NCBI GenBank assembly: GCA_023251555.1
Contig: JAHEYN010000011.1
Coordinates: forward strand, 1,503-65,502
Length of the DNA: 64,000 nt
Source: Bacteroidota bacterium
GTDB lineage: Bacteria; Bacteroidota; Bacteroidia; AKYH767-A; JAHEYN01
Direction: 5' to 3'
The notes under the pieces are model-generated. The model ran no database searches. It was not told the origin of the DNA and saw only the letters and a list, made by a program, of their open reading frames with translations. Below, piece after piece: positions 8,461-17,519 of the stretch. Numbering within the stretch: position 1 is the stretch's first letter; the number at the start of each line of letters is the position of its first letter. Position numbers and translations under genes: made by a program.

Positions 8461-9696
8461 TTATTTTCCTTGAAGTTCCGTTACTTCTTTTTTAAGCATT
8501 TCCATTTCTACTTTCTGTTTCTGAATAAGTTTAGCCTGTTCTTCAACCAATTTTTGCAAGTCAATAATATCTAATGTGTTTTCTTCTATATTTTGCACAA
8601 TGCCTTTCATCGTTTCACTTGTTTTAATTCCGGAAGTTTCTATTTCCTTTGCAGATGCAATAAATGGCAGGTGATGATTATTGTTTAAATAAAGGAGTTT
8701 TTCCTTCCAATGCATACGATTATAATTTTTTTCAAAAACAAAATCAGACCAATTAGAAGCGTCAATTATTATTTCTTTGGATTTTATGGTGCCGTAAACA
8801 GCTAATTTAATTCCGCTTTTTGGTGTAGTTCCTATAGCCATATTCCCATTTTGCTCTATTGTAACAGCGTCTGGAGCGTTGAACACACCTATTCTGACCC
8901 CATCACCAAAAGTGCTGCTTATATAATTATAAGTATCTCCCAAATATAAATAAGATTGTTGTCCATTTGCCATAAAGTTTTGCGGTCCTTTTATTAAAAT
9001 ATTTCCATAATTAACCTGAAATTTTTCATCTGTTGAAGTAGGGGTGCCACCAATTAAAACTTTTCCAAAATATTGGTTAAATATTGTGTTGCCTGTGTAA
9101 CCTATGGGAAAAGGATCAGGAGGTAGTTGATTCTGAATGTTCAAATCAAAATTATTAGAAGGGTTAGGGAACGATGCTTTAGCACTACTCACATACATTG
9201 AATTTCTGTGTCCGTCAATAACTATAGAGCTGTCACCCAAATGAATCAAACTATCTCCTGGAAGAGCGGTGATTCTGCTTACTCTTATTTTAGCTACTTG
9301 CAAACTATCAAAAGTAGTTTTTCCTGAAACATGCAGGCAAGCGGTAGAAATGCAACTGGTGAAAAGATTGCCTGTTACAGTAAGGTCGCTGTCAACAGTG
9401 GCAAATCCCCTGAGATGAGTATTTCCCTGAACATCCAAAGGGACAAGAGGGGAGATTAATCCTATACCTAAATGACCGCCTACAGTGAGGTTGCTGTCTA
9501 TAACAGCACTTCCCTGAAGATTTAACTTACCTAATATCTGCAAAGCATAAGCAGGATTACTCAGACCGATGCCTACCGAACGCATGGTGTATACTTTGTT
9601 ATTTCCATTAGCTTGCCATAAGCTTTGTCCGTAGCTTGATATGTTTAGTAAAAGCATTGTTCCTGATGCTAAAGAGAGCACAATTAGTCTTTTCAT
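8461..9696 (-). CDS. Secreted tail-fibre/beta-helix-like protein with a C-terminal coiled coil
   Basis: Signal peptide. It has repeated DSNLTVGG / DSDLTVTGN units, and the C-terminus reads NWSDFVFEKNYNRMHWKEKLLYLNNNHHLPFIASAKEIE followed by heptad-rich LQKLVEEQAKLIQKQKVEMEMLKKEV. Confidence 0.5.
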   Translation of the reverse strand: MKRLIVLSLASGTMLLLNISSYGQSLWQANGNNKVYTMRSVGIGLSNPAYALQILGKLNLQGSAVIDSNLTVGGHLGIGLISPLVPLDVQGNTHLRGFATVDSDLTVTGNLFTSCISTACLHVSGKTTFDSLQVAKIRVSRITALPGDSLIHLGDSSIVIDGHRNSMYVSSAKASFPNPSNNFDLNIQNQLPPDPFPIGYTGNTIFNQYFGKVLIGGTPTSTDEKFQVNYGNILIKGPQNFMANGQQSYLYLGDTYNYISSTFGDGVRIGVFNAPDAVTIEQNGNMAIGTTPKSGIKLAVYGTIKSKEIIIDASNWSDFVFEKNYNRMHWKEKLLYLNNNHHLPFIASAKEIETSGIKTSETMKGIVQNIEENTLDIIDLQKLVEEQAKLIQKQKVEMEMLKKEVTELQGK

Positions 9697-9789
9697 GTTT
9701 CTGAATTTTTAATGGTTATTTTTTTTAAGTTTTCGTTTGACTTTTTTTCTTTTTCCTCCTTTCCCCTTTGTGGAGAGAAGCGGTGGGGC

Positions 9790-11700
9790 TTATTGACAAT
9801 TTGCAGGCGCACAAAGCGTGTTGAGATTAACAACATTAATTTTGAATGATTGGGTTACAGGACAACCGTTTGCATCGGTAACTCTCACTGTATAATCAGT
9901 TGTAGTGCCAGGACTTGCTATGGGACTTTGACAAAAGAAACAGGAAAGTCCTGTTGCCGGAGTCCACTGATAGGTGTATGTGCCGCTGATGCTCGGTGTG
10001 GCTGTGAGTGTTACCTGCTGAGCTCCGAAACCTGTGTAAATAGTATTCGGGCTTCCGTAAGGTGTGATGGTTGGTGAAGGAGTAACGCTGAGAGCAACAC
10101 TAAAGCACAAATCATTTTTTAGCACCGAAACAGATTGACCGGTCCAGTTGGCGGTAACAATATCCCCGTCCCCGTCATTGTCAACATCTGCTACATATAC
10201 GGCAATGGGCTGGGAGCCATTGGCATTAAAGTCCCTTCTTTCTAAAAATGTCCCATCGCCTGCATTTAATGATACTGACACGGAGCGGAACCCATACACG
10301 GTTCCTCCATAGTGATTGGCAGTGATAACATCGGGTTTCCCATCTCCGTTCACATCGCTTATAAATATTCCCACAGGCAAACCGTTTGTCGGGTAGCTGG
10401 TTTGCTGAGAAAAAATTCCCGTACCGTCATTTTTATATACTGTGAATGTCCCTGAGTTTTGATTGGCAACAACAACATCCCCATCCTCGTCTCCATCCAA
10501 GTCGCTCACAAAAACATCATCTGGATAGTTTCCTGTGGAATAATAGACAGGCGCCTGAAATTCTCCTTCTCCGTTATTGAGGGAGGTAAACATCTGGTTG
10601 TCAAAATTGCTTGCTCCCACGATGTCCATATCGCCATCCCGGTCAATGTCATAGAGATAAAGACCGAATACTCCGCTACCGGTAAAAAAATAACCGGCCG
10701 GTGTGCCGAATGTTCCGTTTCCACTATTAATCAGCACGCTGACAGGTGAAGGAGCCCCATGAAAGCGGGAAACAACAATGTCCCCGAATCCGTCTCCATC
10801 CAGGTCGGCAATTCGTATTCTTGCAAATGCAGTGGCAGGTACTATTCCTCCTGCCTGGTATATAACAGGAGAACCGAAAGTTCCTGTACCATTATTCATA
10901 AGTATAGAGATGGTATTGCTGCATGAGTTGATTACGGCAAGGTCCAGGTCTCCGTCATTATCAACATCATAAGGATAAACATCAAAGGGTGTTATGCAAC
11001 CGGATGTTGCATCGGTAATATAATTTACTTTGGGAGCAAATGTTCCGTTGCCGTTATTCATCAGTACGGAAATCGTATTTGATGTGCCTCCCAATTGTAC
11101 GGAACTGTTAGCGGCAATAATGTCTCCGTATCCGTCTCCGTTCAAATCACTCACCGTTACTCCGATAGGACCAATGCCTGCACTATAATTTACTCCTTTG
11201 TCAAACAAGCCTGGAGAGGGGTCATACAATATGGTGAATTGAGAAGAGAAAGGATGAACAGTATCATTGATCGCATCAATGATACCTTCCGTAACATTCA
11301 CTCTTACCACTTCTCCTTTTTTGAAAGAAACAGCGGGTGTGAAATTCAATTGTGTGTTTCCTCCCGGGAAAGAAAATGTTCCTGTATGTTTTCCGCTTAC
11401 TTCTCCCGTTACGATGAAAGAAGTATTGCTGACAGTTGCTGGGTTAACAGCATGATCAAAGGTTACCGTTATTGTTGTTGCAGGATTTATATTGAGAGCA
11501 CCCTGCGATGGCGAGATGCCTGCCACATGGGTGTTTCCGTATTGATAAGCGGTAACAGGAACTGCATAGTTATTTGAGATGGTAAGGGGAGCAGCCGGAA
11601 TCTTCGTGCTGTCTAATGCCAAAAGTGAATCTTGCGCGAATGAACCCAAACTGATGAAAAGAAAAACAACAATTGTGAAAAGTAGTTTTGGTTGTTTCAT
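9790..11700 (-). CDS. FG-GAP/VCBS (integrin-alpha-like) repeat protein, secreted
   Basis: Signal peptide, with many DLNGDGYGDI / DVDNDGDLDLAV / DIDRDGDMDIV / DVNGDGKPDV calcium-binding repeat cores. Confidence 0.8.
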   Translation of the reverse strand: MKQPKLLFTIVVFLFISLGSFAQDSLLALDSTKIPAAPLTISNNYAVPVTAYQYGNTHVAGISPSQGALNINPATTITVTFDHAVNPATVSNTSFIVTGEVSGKHTGTFSFPGGNTQLNFTPAVSFKKGEVVRVNVTEGIIDAINDTVHPFSSQFTILYDPSPGLFDKGVNYSAGIGPIGVTVSDLNGDGYGDIIAANSSVQLGGTSNTISVLMNNGNGTFAPKVNYITDATSGCITPFDVYPYDVDNDGDLDLAVINSCSNTISILMNNGTGTFGSPVIYQAGGIVPATAFARIRIADLDGDGFGDIVVSRFHGAPSPVSVLINSGNGTFGTPAGYFFTGSGVFGLYLYDIDRDGDMDIVGASNFDNQMFTSLNNGEGEFQAPVYYSTGNYPDDVFVSDLDGDEDGDVVVANQNSGTFTVYKNDGTGIFSQQTSYPTNGLPVGIFISDVNGDGKPDVITANHYGGTVYGFRSVSVSLNAGDGTFLERRDFNANGSQPIAVYVADVDNDGDGDIVTANWTGQSVSVLKNDLCFSVALSVTPSPTITPYGSPNTIYTGFGAQQVTLTATPSISGTYTYQWTPATGLSCFFCQSPIASPGTTTDYTVRVTDANGCPVTQSFKINVVNLNTLCAPANCQ

Positions 11701-11796
11701 GGAACACTTTTAAAAAGTGGAAATGTATGTGTGGGAATTGTTAATGCAAAAGAGAAAACTTATGTTTAATAAAACAAGTGTTGTTGAAAACTTTTT

Positions 11797-11869
11797 TAAT
11801 CCACCTTCGCGTTCCGCTACGGCAGACAAGAACTCCCCGCAACTTGCCCCGGGGTTAATACCAATTTAT
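11797..11869 (+). repeat. Intergenic structured repeat, copy 2
   Basis: TAATCCACCTTCGCGTTCCGCTACGGCAGACAAGAACTCCCCGCAACTTGCCCCGGGGTTAATACCAATTTAT, in the same orientation as copy 1. Confidence 0.85.
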
Positions 11870-11887
11870 TCACCATTTCCTGAAAAT

Positions 11888-13012
11888 TCAGACTTTGGCT
11901 TTTTCCGCGAAAAGGGCTTCCAGTTTTTCCACGCAGTAATCAACTTCTTCCCGGGTATTGAATTTGCTGAAAGAAAAACGGACTGCCGGGCGTTTGGGGT
12001 CTGTGCCGAGTGCTTTCAGGACATGTGAGCCTATTTCGCTTCCGGAAGAGCAGGCGCTTCCGCCCGAAGCGGCAATCCCTGCAATGTCAAGCTTGAAAAG
12101 AAGCATTTCCCCGATGGGAGAAGGAGGGAAAGACACATTAAGTACGGTGTAAAGTCCCCCGCTGTCGCCGTTGTATGAGATGCCCGGGATGGAGGTTTCA
12201 AGCTTTTGTTTCATATAATCTTTCAGGCCCTGTATATATTCATGCTGCTGCGCCATGTCCCGGTGGGCGATTTCAAAAGCTTTCCCGAGGCCTATGATGC
12301 CTGTTACATTCTCGGTGCCACCGCGCATATTGCGCTCCTGTGCACCGCCCGTGATGAAGGGTTTTATCTTAACATTGCTGCTGATATAGAGAAACCCGCA
12401 GCCTTTTGGTCCGTGAAACTTGTGCCCTGAGCAGGAAACAAAATGTACGTTCATCTGTTTCAGGTCAAGGGCGTAGTGGCCCATGGTCTGCACAGTATCG
12501 GAATGGAAAACCGCATTATATTTTGCACAGATCTCCCCGGCTTTTTTGAGGGAGAGGAGGTTTCCTGTTTCATTATTGGCATGCATCAGGGATACAAAAC
12601 TTCTCTCGTTTGACTTCAGCAGTTCTTCAAGGTGTTCCAGATCAACATGCCCTCCGGGATGGAGTTTTACAAAGCTGAGACGGATATTTTTCATAGCTTC
12701 AAGGGTGTGCAGCACTGCATGGTGTTCTATGGGCGAAGTGATGGCATGGGTGATGCCGAGATCCCGTATGCTGCAGCATATTGCAGTGTTATTGGCTTCC
12801 GTTCCGCCTGATGTGAAGAAAATTTCAGAAGGAGAGACATTCAGCAGGCGGGCGATATTCTTTCTTGAATTTTCAAGGGCTGTCCTTACTTCCCTCCCGA
12901 ACGAATGGATGGATGACGGGTTCCCGAAATGTTTCTCCATGAAGGGAAGCATGGCGCTTATCACTTCCTTGTCCATGGGTGTTGTGGCGGCGTTGTCAAG
13001 ATATACCTTCAT
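11888..13012 (-). CDS. Cysteine desulfurase (class V aminotransferase, NifS/IscS family)
   Basis: Has MKVYLDNAATTP, SGHKFHGPKG (the PLP lysine) and GGSACSSG (the active-site Cys loop). Confidence 0.88.
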   Translation of the reverse strand: MKVYLDNAATTPMDKEVISAMLPFMEKHFGNPSSIHSFGREVRTALENSRKNIARLLNVSPSEIFFTSGGTEANNTAICCSIRDLGITHAITSPIEHHAVLHTLEAMKNIRLSFVKLHPGGHVDLEHLEELLKSNERSFVSLMHANNETGNLLSLKKAGEICAKYNAVFHSDTVQTMGHYALDLKQMNVHFVSCSGHKFHGPKGCGFLYISSNVKIKPFITGGAQERNMRGGTENVTGIIGLGKAFEIAHRDMAQQHEYIQGLKDYMKQKLETSIPGISYNGDSGGLYTVLNVSFPPSPIGEMLLFKLDIAGIAASGGSACSSGSEIGSHVLKALGTDPKRPAVRFSFSKFNTREEVDYCVEKLEALFAEKAKV

Positions 13013-13019
13013 GGGATAT

Positions 13020-14429
13020 TTATTTACTGTTCTTCATCATCCCGATCATATCCTTAATGTCGAGGATGATTTTTTCCGCAAGGTTTTCGGCGGTAGTTTC
13101 CGAGCGGCTCTCGGCGTATATGCGGATGATGGGTTCCGTGTTGGATTTCCGGAGATGTACCCATTCCCCTTCAAATTCTATTTTTACACCGTCAATGGTA
13201 TTCACCGGCTGCTTGCGGTACTTATTGTGTATGCCGGACAAAATTTCATCCACATTTATTTCCGGGGTGAGTTCAATTTTGTTTTTGGATATGAAGTAGT
13301 CGGGATATGAAGCTCTCAGCATGGAGCAGCTTTTTCCGAAACGTGCCAGGTGGGAAAGGAATAGTGCAATACCGGCAAGTGCATCCCTTCCATAATGCAG
13401 TTCCGGTAATATCACGCCCCCGTTGCCTTCTCCCCCTATCACTGCATTGTGCGTTTTCATTGCTTCCACAACATTGACTTCTCCCACTGCCGAAGCGAAG
13501 TATTCCCCCCCGGCTTTTTCGGTTATGTCGCGCAAAGCCCTTGTGGAAGAGAGATTTGACACGGTATTCCCTTTCCTGTGTTTCAGCACATAGTCGGCCA
13601 CCGCCACGAGGGTGTATTCCTCCCCGAACATTTCCCCGTCCTCACAAACCAGTGCAAGGCGGTCCACGTCAGGATCCACGGCAATGCCAAGGTGAGCGTT
13701 GCGTTTTACCACTTCCTTCGACAGATCCCTTAAATGTTCCGGCAGGGGCTCTGGATTATGAGGGAAATCCCCGTTGGGTTCGCAGTAGAGTTCAAATACT
13801 TCCTGGACTCCCAGTTCTTTGAGCAGCATGGGTACTGCAATACCCCCGGTGGAGTTAACGGCATCAACTGCTATTTTGAAACGCCTGTTCCTGATGGCTT
13901 TCACGTCAACCAGGTCAAGAGAAAGGATTTTTTCTATATGTTTTGCAATGGCACCGGAATCAGCAGTATATTTCCCGATGGACCCGACTTCCGCGAAGCT
14001 GAAAGATTCCTTTTCTGCAATGTCCAGGACCATTTCCCCGTCGGATGCAGAAATGAACTCTCCCTTTTCGTTGAGCAGCTTGAGGGCGTTCCACTGCTTC
14101 GGGTTATGGCTTGCGGTGATAATAATTCCTCCTCCTGCACGGTAAGAAGTTACAGCCATTTCCACCGTGGGAGTGGTGGAGAGCCCGAGGTAGATGACAT
14201 CAATCCCAAGGCCTTTCAGTGTACCGGCAACAATGTTCTGAACCATCTCCCCGGAGATGCGGGCATCACGCCCTATGACTACTTTGCATTTTTCTTTGGA
14301 AGGCCGGCGGGAGAGAAGCCAGGAACCATATGCCGCAGTATACCTGACGATGTCAACAGGAGAAAGACTGTCACCGGGTTTTCCCCCTACAGTTCCCCTG
14401 ATGCCCGAAATGGATTTGATGAGTGTCAC
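13020..14429 (-). CDS. glmM: Phosphoglucosamine mutase / phosphohexomutase
   Basis: Has GIRGTVGG, the ITASHNP phosphoserine loop and GVAVDPDVDR-like GIAVDPDVDRLAL. Confidence 0.88.
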   Translation of the reverse strand: MTLIKSISGIRGTVGGKPGDSLSPVDIVRYTAAYGSWLLSRRPSKEKCKVVIGRDARISGEMVQNIVAGTLKGLGIDVIYLGLSTTPTVEMAVTSYRAGGGIIITASHNPKQWNALKLLNEKGEFISASDGEMVLDIAEKESFSFAEVGSIGKYTADSGAIAKHIEKILSLDLVDVKAIRNRRFKIAVDAVNSTGGIAVPMLLKELGVQEVFELYCEPNGDFPHNPEPLPEHLRDLSKEVVKRNAHLGIAVDPDVDRLALVCEDGEMFGEEYTLVAVADYVLKHRKGNTVSNLSSTRALRDITEKAGGEYFASAVGEVNVVEAMKTHNAVIGGEGNGGVILPELHYGRDALAGIALFLSHLARFGKSCSMLRASYPDYFISKNKIELTPEINVDEILSGIHNKYRKQPVNTIDGVKIEFEGEWVHLRKSNTEPIIRIYAESRSETTAENLAEKIILDIKDMIGMMKNSK

Positions 14430-14472
14430 TGATGAAGCATTTTTAACGGGAGCAAAGTTATAGTTTAGAATT

Positions 14473-14592
14473 TAATCCACCTTCGCGTTTCGCTGCGGCG
14501 GACAAAAAGGCTTGGTTCCATTCTCCACCTTCGCGTTTCGCTGCGGCGGACAAGAGGATTTGCGGCTTGTCCTGGGATTAATACCATTTTAG
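14473..14592 (+). repeat. Intergenic structured repeat, copy 3, with a tandem duplication of its 5' half
   Basis: TAATCCACCTTCGCGTTTCGCTGCGGCGGACAAAAAGG... is followed by TCCACCTTCGCGTTTCGCTGCGGCGGACAAGAGG...GGGATTAATACCATTTTAG. Confidence 0.85.
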
Positions 14593-14629
14593 TTCTGCCA
14601 CCCCTGGAACGGGAGTGATGAAATGAGCA

Positions 14630-16504
14630 TCAGTTCAAAAGACTGACGTTTCCTTTTCTTATCACCTGCTCCCCGTTTGAGAGAACAGCTTTGAGATAAT
14701 AAACAAATACTGCATTATCCAGTGGTACCCCTCTCACTTTCCCGTCCCATCCCTTGGCGGGAGATTTACTTTCAAAAACTTTTTCACCCCAGCGGTCATA
14801 TACCATGAATTCCATCCCGGTTATGCAACTTCCCCTTACATAAAGGGTATCATTCTGCCCGTCGCTGTTAGGGGAAAAAGCGCTCGGAATAAATACCGAT
14901 CCGCAAACCTCCGGTGTGTCGCAGTCGTTAATTGAAAGGCGAAGGGAGTCGCTGTAGCTCCCGCATGCATTGGAAGCTGTTACCGAATAAATGCCTGCTG
15001 CGGATGCGGTAATATTCCTTGATGTTTCACCCGTTGACCAGAGGTAGGTGTCAAAGATTCCTGCATCAAGAAGAATGTTTTTTCCTGCACATACTGCAGT
15101 GTCTTTCCCAAGCTCAAGAGAATCAGGCAGGGTGATGAGGGTGATGCCATTGGTAACAGTATCGGAAGAAGAGCACCCGTACGTGATGATCAGCTTTACC
15201 GGATATGTCCCGGGGCCGGAAAACAAGTGTGCAGGGTTTTGAATGGAAGAAAAGTTATCTCCCCCTGATGTGGTGTCGCCGAAGTCCCATGACCATGTAT
15301 AGGGGCTAAGCCCGGAAAGGTCGGTGAAGTGAACGCTGTCGCCTGCACAGTAAGCCGGCCCGGAAAAATCCGCAGGATGTGCAAAGGCCGAGTCTGTCCA
15401 GTCAATTGCAAAGTCCGGGAGGCCATTGAGGTTAAATTTGCCGCCGAGATAAAAATCCGTTTTTATATTACATGCTGCCCCCTGCAGGTTGGGATTGTGA
15501 ATCACTGTAAGGCTGTCAAGGAGAAAAAGGTTTATATATATTTTCCCGTCCGGACCGAGTTGCATCTGCTGCGGGAAGGTGGATGGCCCTGCAAGCGTTT
15601 CGGAGGCTTTGACATTGGAAGCGCAGAGGTTGTACTGGTATATCCCGTCAATAAAATCTGCAACATACAGGTAACGGCTGTCGGGCGAAAATTCAAGACC
15701 ATAGCCCGATCCTGCGGTTCCTGTGACACTCAGCGGGTTTGAAAGCATGCCCGAAGAAGGATCAAAGTCAAATAATTCAATAACATTCCCCGGTTTGACT
15801 AAGGCGATTTTCTTCCCGTTAAAGGCAGCTTTCATTTGCCCTGTACCGTCAAGGTTCCCGTGCACCGAACCCGTGCTGGAGATCACCGGCGCAGAAAGGC
15901 CTGTGGAAGAAAGAAGATAAGCGAAAAAATCAGCATTGTTGAGATCGTGCACGATTATCCAGTAGTCGCTCCCGTTGGAATGTTTCAGCGCTGTCATCTT
16001 TTCGGTTACGGCATTCATCAGCAATATATTTTTTTGTGCTGCAGGCACATCTCCGTTCCCGCCTGCAAGGCTCATGTCAATAACCGAATACCTGAAGCCT
16101 TCAGCGTAATTCTGTGGCTGGCAGCCGGTCGTGAACAAATAGAAAAGGTTGCTGTTTCCCGGCATGGGTACGATAAGCGCACCCTGGGTGCTGCTCTGTC
16201 CGCCGGAAAACTGGCAGCCGAGCAGCCCCGTTCCGTTGGGCATAGGCTGGTGATTTTTATTCCATACAGTGAGCCCGTCTGTGTAAAACAATAGCTGCCC
16301 TGAGGTGTCACTCATAACAGCGGACGACTCAAAAGTGCTCATGGCGGAGTTCAGCAGCGGGGCAGGAGGGGAGACATTAAAATCAATGCCGGCATAATCG
16401 CCGAAATACCAAATGTTGTTTCTTTTGTTCTGTGTGTATGCATTGCAGCAGTATGCAAGCAGGAGTATTGGAAGCAAAAGTGATTTATTATTCCACTGGG
16501 ACAT
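14630..16504 (-). CDS. PKD-domain protein with a gliding-motility-associated (T9SS type B) C-terminal domain
   Basis: ATG at 16504 gives the signal peptide MSQWNNKSLLLPILLLAYCCNAYTQ. A PKD-like WSWDFGDTTSG is present. The C-terminus reads FIPSAFSPNSDGQNDTLYV...MVYDRWGEKVFES...GWDGK. Confidence 0.82.
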   Translation of the reverse strand: MSQWNNKSLLLPILLLAYCCNAYTQNKRNNIWYFGDYAGIDFNVSPPAPLLNSAMSTFESSAVMSDTSGQLLFYTDGLTVWNKNHQPMPNGTGLLGCQFSGGQSSTQGALIVPMPGNSNLFYLFTTGCQPQNYAEGFRYSVIDMSLAGGNGDVPAAQKNILLMNAVTEKMTALKHSNGSDYWIIVHDLNNADFFAYLLSSTGLSAPVISSTGSVHGNLDGTGQMKAAFNGKKIALVKPGNVIELFDFDPSSGMLSNPLSVTGTAGSGYGLEFSPDSRYLYVADFIDGIYQYNLCASNVKASETLAGPSTFPQQMQLGPDGKIYINLFLLDSLTVIHNPNLQGAACNIKTDFYLGGKFNLNGLPDFAIDWTDSAFAHPADFSGPAYCAGDSVHFTDLSGLSPYTWSWDFGDTTSGGDNFSSIQNPAHLFSGPGTYPVKLIITYGCSSSDTVTNGITLITLPDSLELGKDTAVCAGKNILLDAGIFDTYLWSTGETSRNITASAAGIYSVTASNACGSYSDSLRLSINDCDTPEVCGSVFIPSAFSPNSDGQNDTLYVRGSCITGMEFMVYDRWGEKVFESKSPAKGWDGKVRGVPLDNAVFVYYLKAVLSNGEQVIRKGNVSLLN

Positions 16505-16634
16505 GATTTTTTTTGAAAACAAAAGTAATATTTGCCGGGAATGTTTGGTAATATGGTGAGGCTGAGCCTGGGAATCCCGGCTACTGTCACAAAAAAAAAG
16601 TCCTGAATGCCCTCCAGCTCCAATCCCCTAATTT

Positions 16635-16648
16635 ATGACACACGTCAT
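16635..16648 (+). promoter_or_regulatory. ATGAC-N4-GTCAT palindrome, a candidate CRP/FNR-family operator upstream of regulator 1
   Basis: ATGACACACGTCAT, with 22 nt to the TTACTTTG -7-like box at 16671-16678. The second copy has the same geometry. Confidence 0.55.
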
Positions 16649-16695
16649 CATTTTGCCCTGCTTCAACCCATTACTTTGTGCTGAAATCACAACCC

Positions 16696-17415
16696 ATGAA
16701 AACACTTTCCAGAAAGCCTGATATTCCCCCATGCGAGGCATGCGACGGGTTGTCAACATCCATCTTTTGTGTTCTTACAAAACCTGAGCTCTCGCATCTT
16801 TCGGAAAATAAAACATTTAATCTGTATAAAAAGGGACAGGTTATTTTCTACGAAGGAAATATGCCCCAGGGTATTTACTGCATCCACTCCGGGAAGGTGA
16901 AGATTCACAAGATGGGAGATGACGGAAAGATGCAGATTGTAAGGCTGGCAAAGAAAAATAATATCATCGGGTACAGGGCCTTGCTGAGCGGGGAGAACTA
17001 TAATGCCACAGCCACTGCTATTGAGGATACCCTCGTATGTTTCTTCCCCAAAAATATTTACCTGAATCTGCTGGCGGGCAATCCCCGTTTCTCCATGAGC
17101 ACCATACAGATGCTTTCAACGGATTTGAAAGTTGCCGAGCATATGATTACCAACATGGCACAGAAGCAGGTTCGCGAAAGAATGGCAGAGGCGCTTTTGC
17201 TGCTGAAAGAGTTTTTCGGGCTCGAAGAAGACGGAGCTACAATAAATACTGTTCTTACGAGAGAGGATATAGGAAACCTGGCTGGAACCACTACGGAAAC
17301 CTCCATACGCGTTTTGTCGGATTTTAACAAGAGCAGGATTGTGAAACTGATGGGGAAGAAGATCAGGATACTGAATCTTAAGGAACTGATAAAAATAGCA
17401 AACCTCTCGGAATAA
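16696..17415 (+). CDS. FNR-type Crp/Fnr family transcriptional regulator (4-Cys)
   Basis: It has cNMP-binding and HTH architecture. The N-terminal C-x2-C-x9-C (PPCEACDGLSTSIFC) plus TLVCFFP parallels E. coli FNR C20/C23/C29/C122 (SMVCEIP). The HTH reads GNLAGTTTETSIRVL. Confidence 0.8.
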   Translation: MKTLSRKPDIPPCEACDGLSTSIFCVLTKPELSHLSENKTFNLYKKGQVIFYEGNMPQGIYCIHSGKVKIHKMGDDGKMQIVRLAKKNNIIGYRALLSGENYNATATAIEDTLVCFFPKNIYLNLLAGNPRFSMSTIQMLSTDLKVAEHMITNMAQKQVRERMAEALLLLKEFFGLEEDGATINTVLTREDIGNLAGTTTETSIRVLSDFNKSRIVKLMGKKIRILNLKELIKIANLSE

Positions 17416-17438
17416 TCAATCCCATGCAGCATGCATGC

Positions 17439-17452
17439 ATGACTCAGGTCAT
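17439..17452 (+). promoter_or_regulatory. ATGAC-N4-GTCAT palindrome, a candidate CRP/FNR-family operator upstream of regulator 2
   Basis: ATGACTCAGGTCAT, with 22 nt to the TACTTTTG box (TAnnTTTG) at 17475-17482, 38 nt upstream of ATG 17520. Confidence 0.55.
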
Positions 17453-17519
17453 TGTTTAAGGTGTGTCATGAAAATACTTTTGCTTCCCCTGTAAATATCA
17501 TTTTACATAAAACCATAAG

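Noticed and set aside
12483-14432. Long + strand ORFs (275, 232, 108 aa) lying opposite the cysteine desulfurase and glmM genes
   Set aside because: These are antisense shadow ORFs inside well-supported genes. They have low-complexity, Arg/Ser/Pro-rich translations and no motifs. The same applies to 42114-42788, 44036-44830, 60734-61501, 36357-36869, 4715-5251 and similar track entries.
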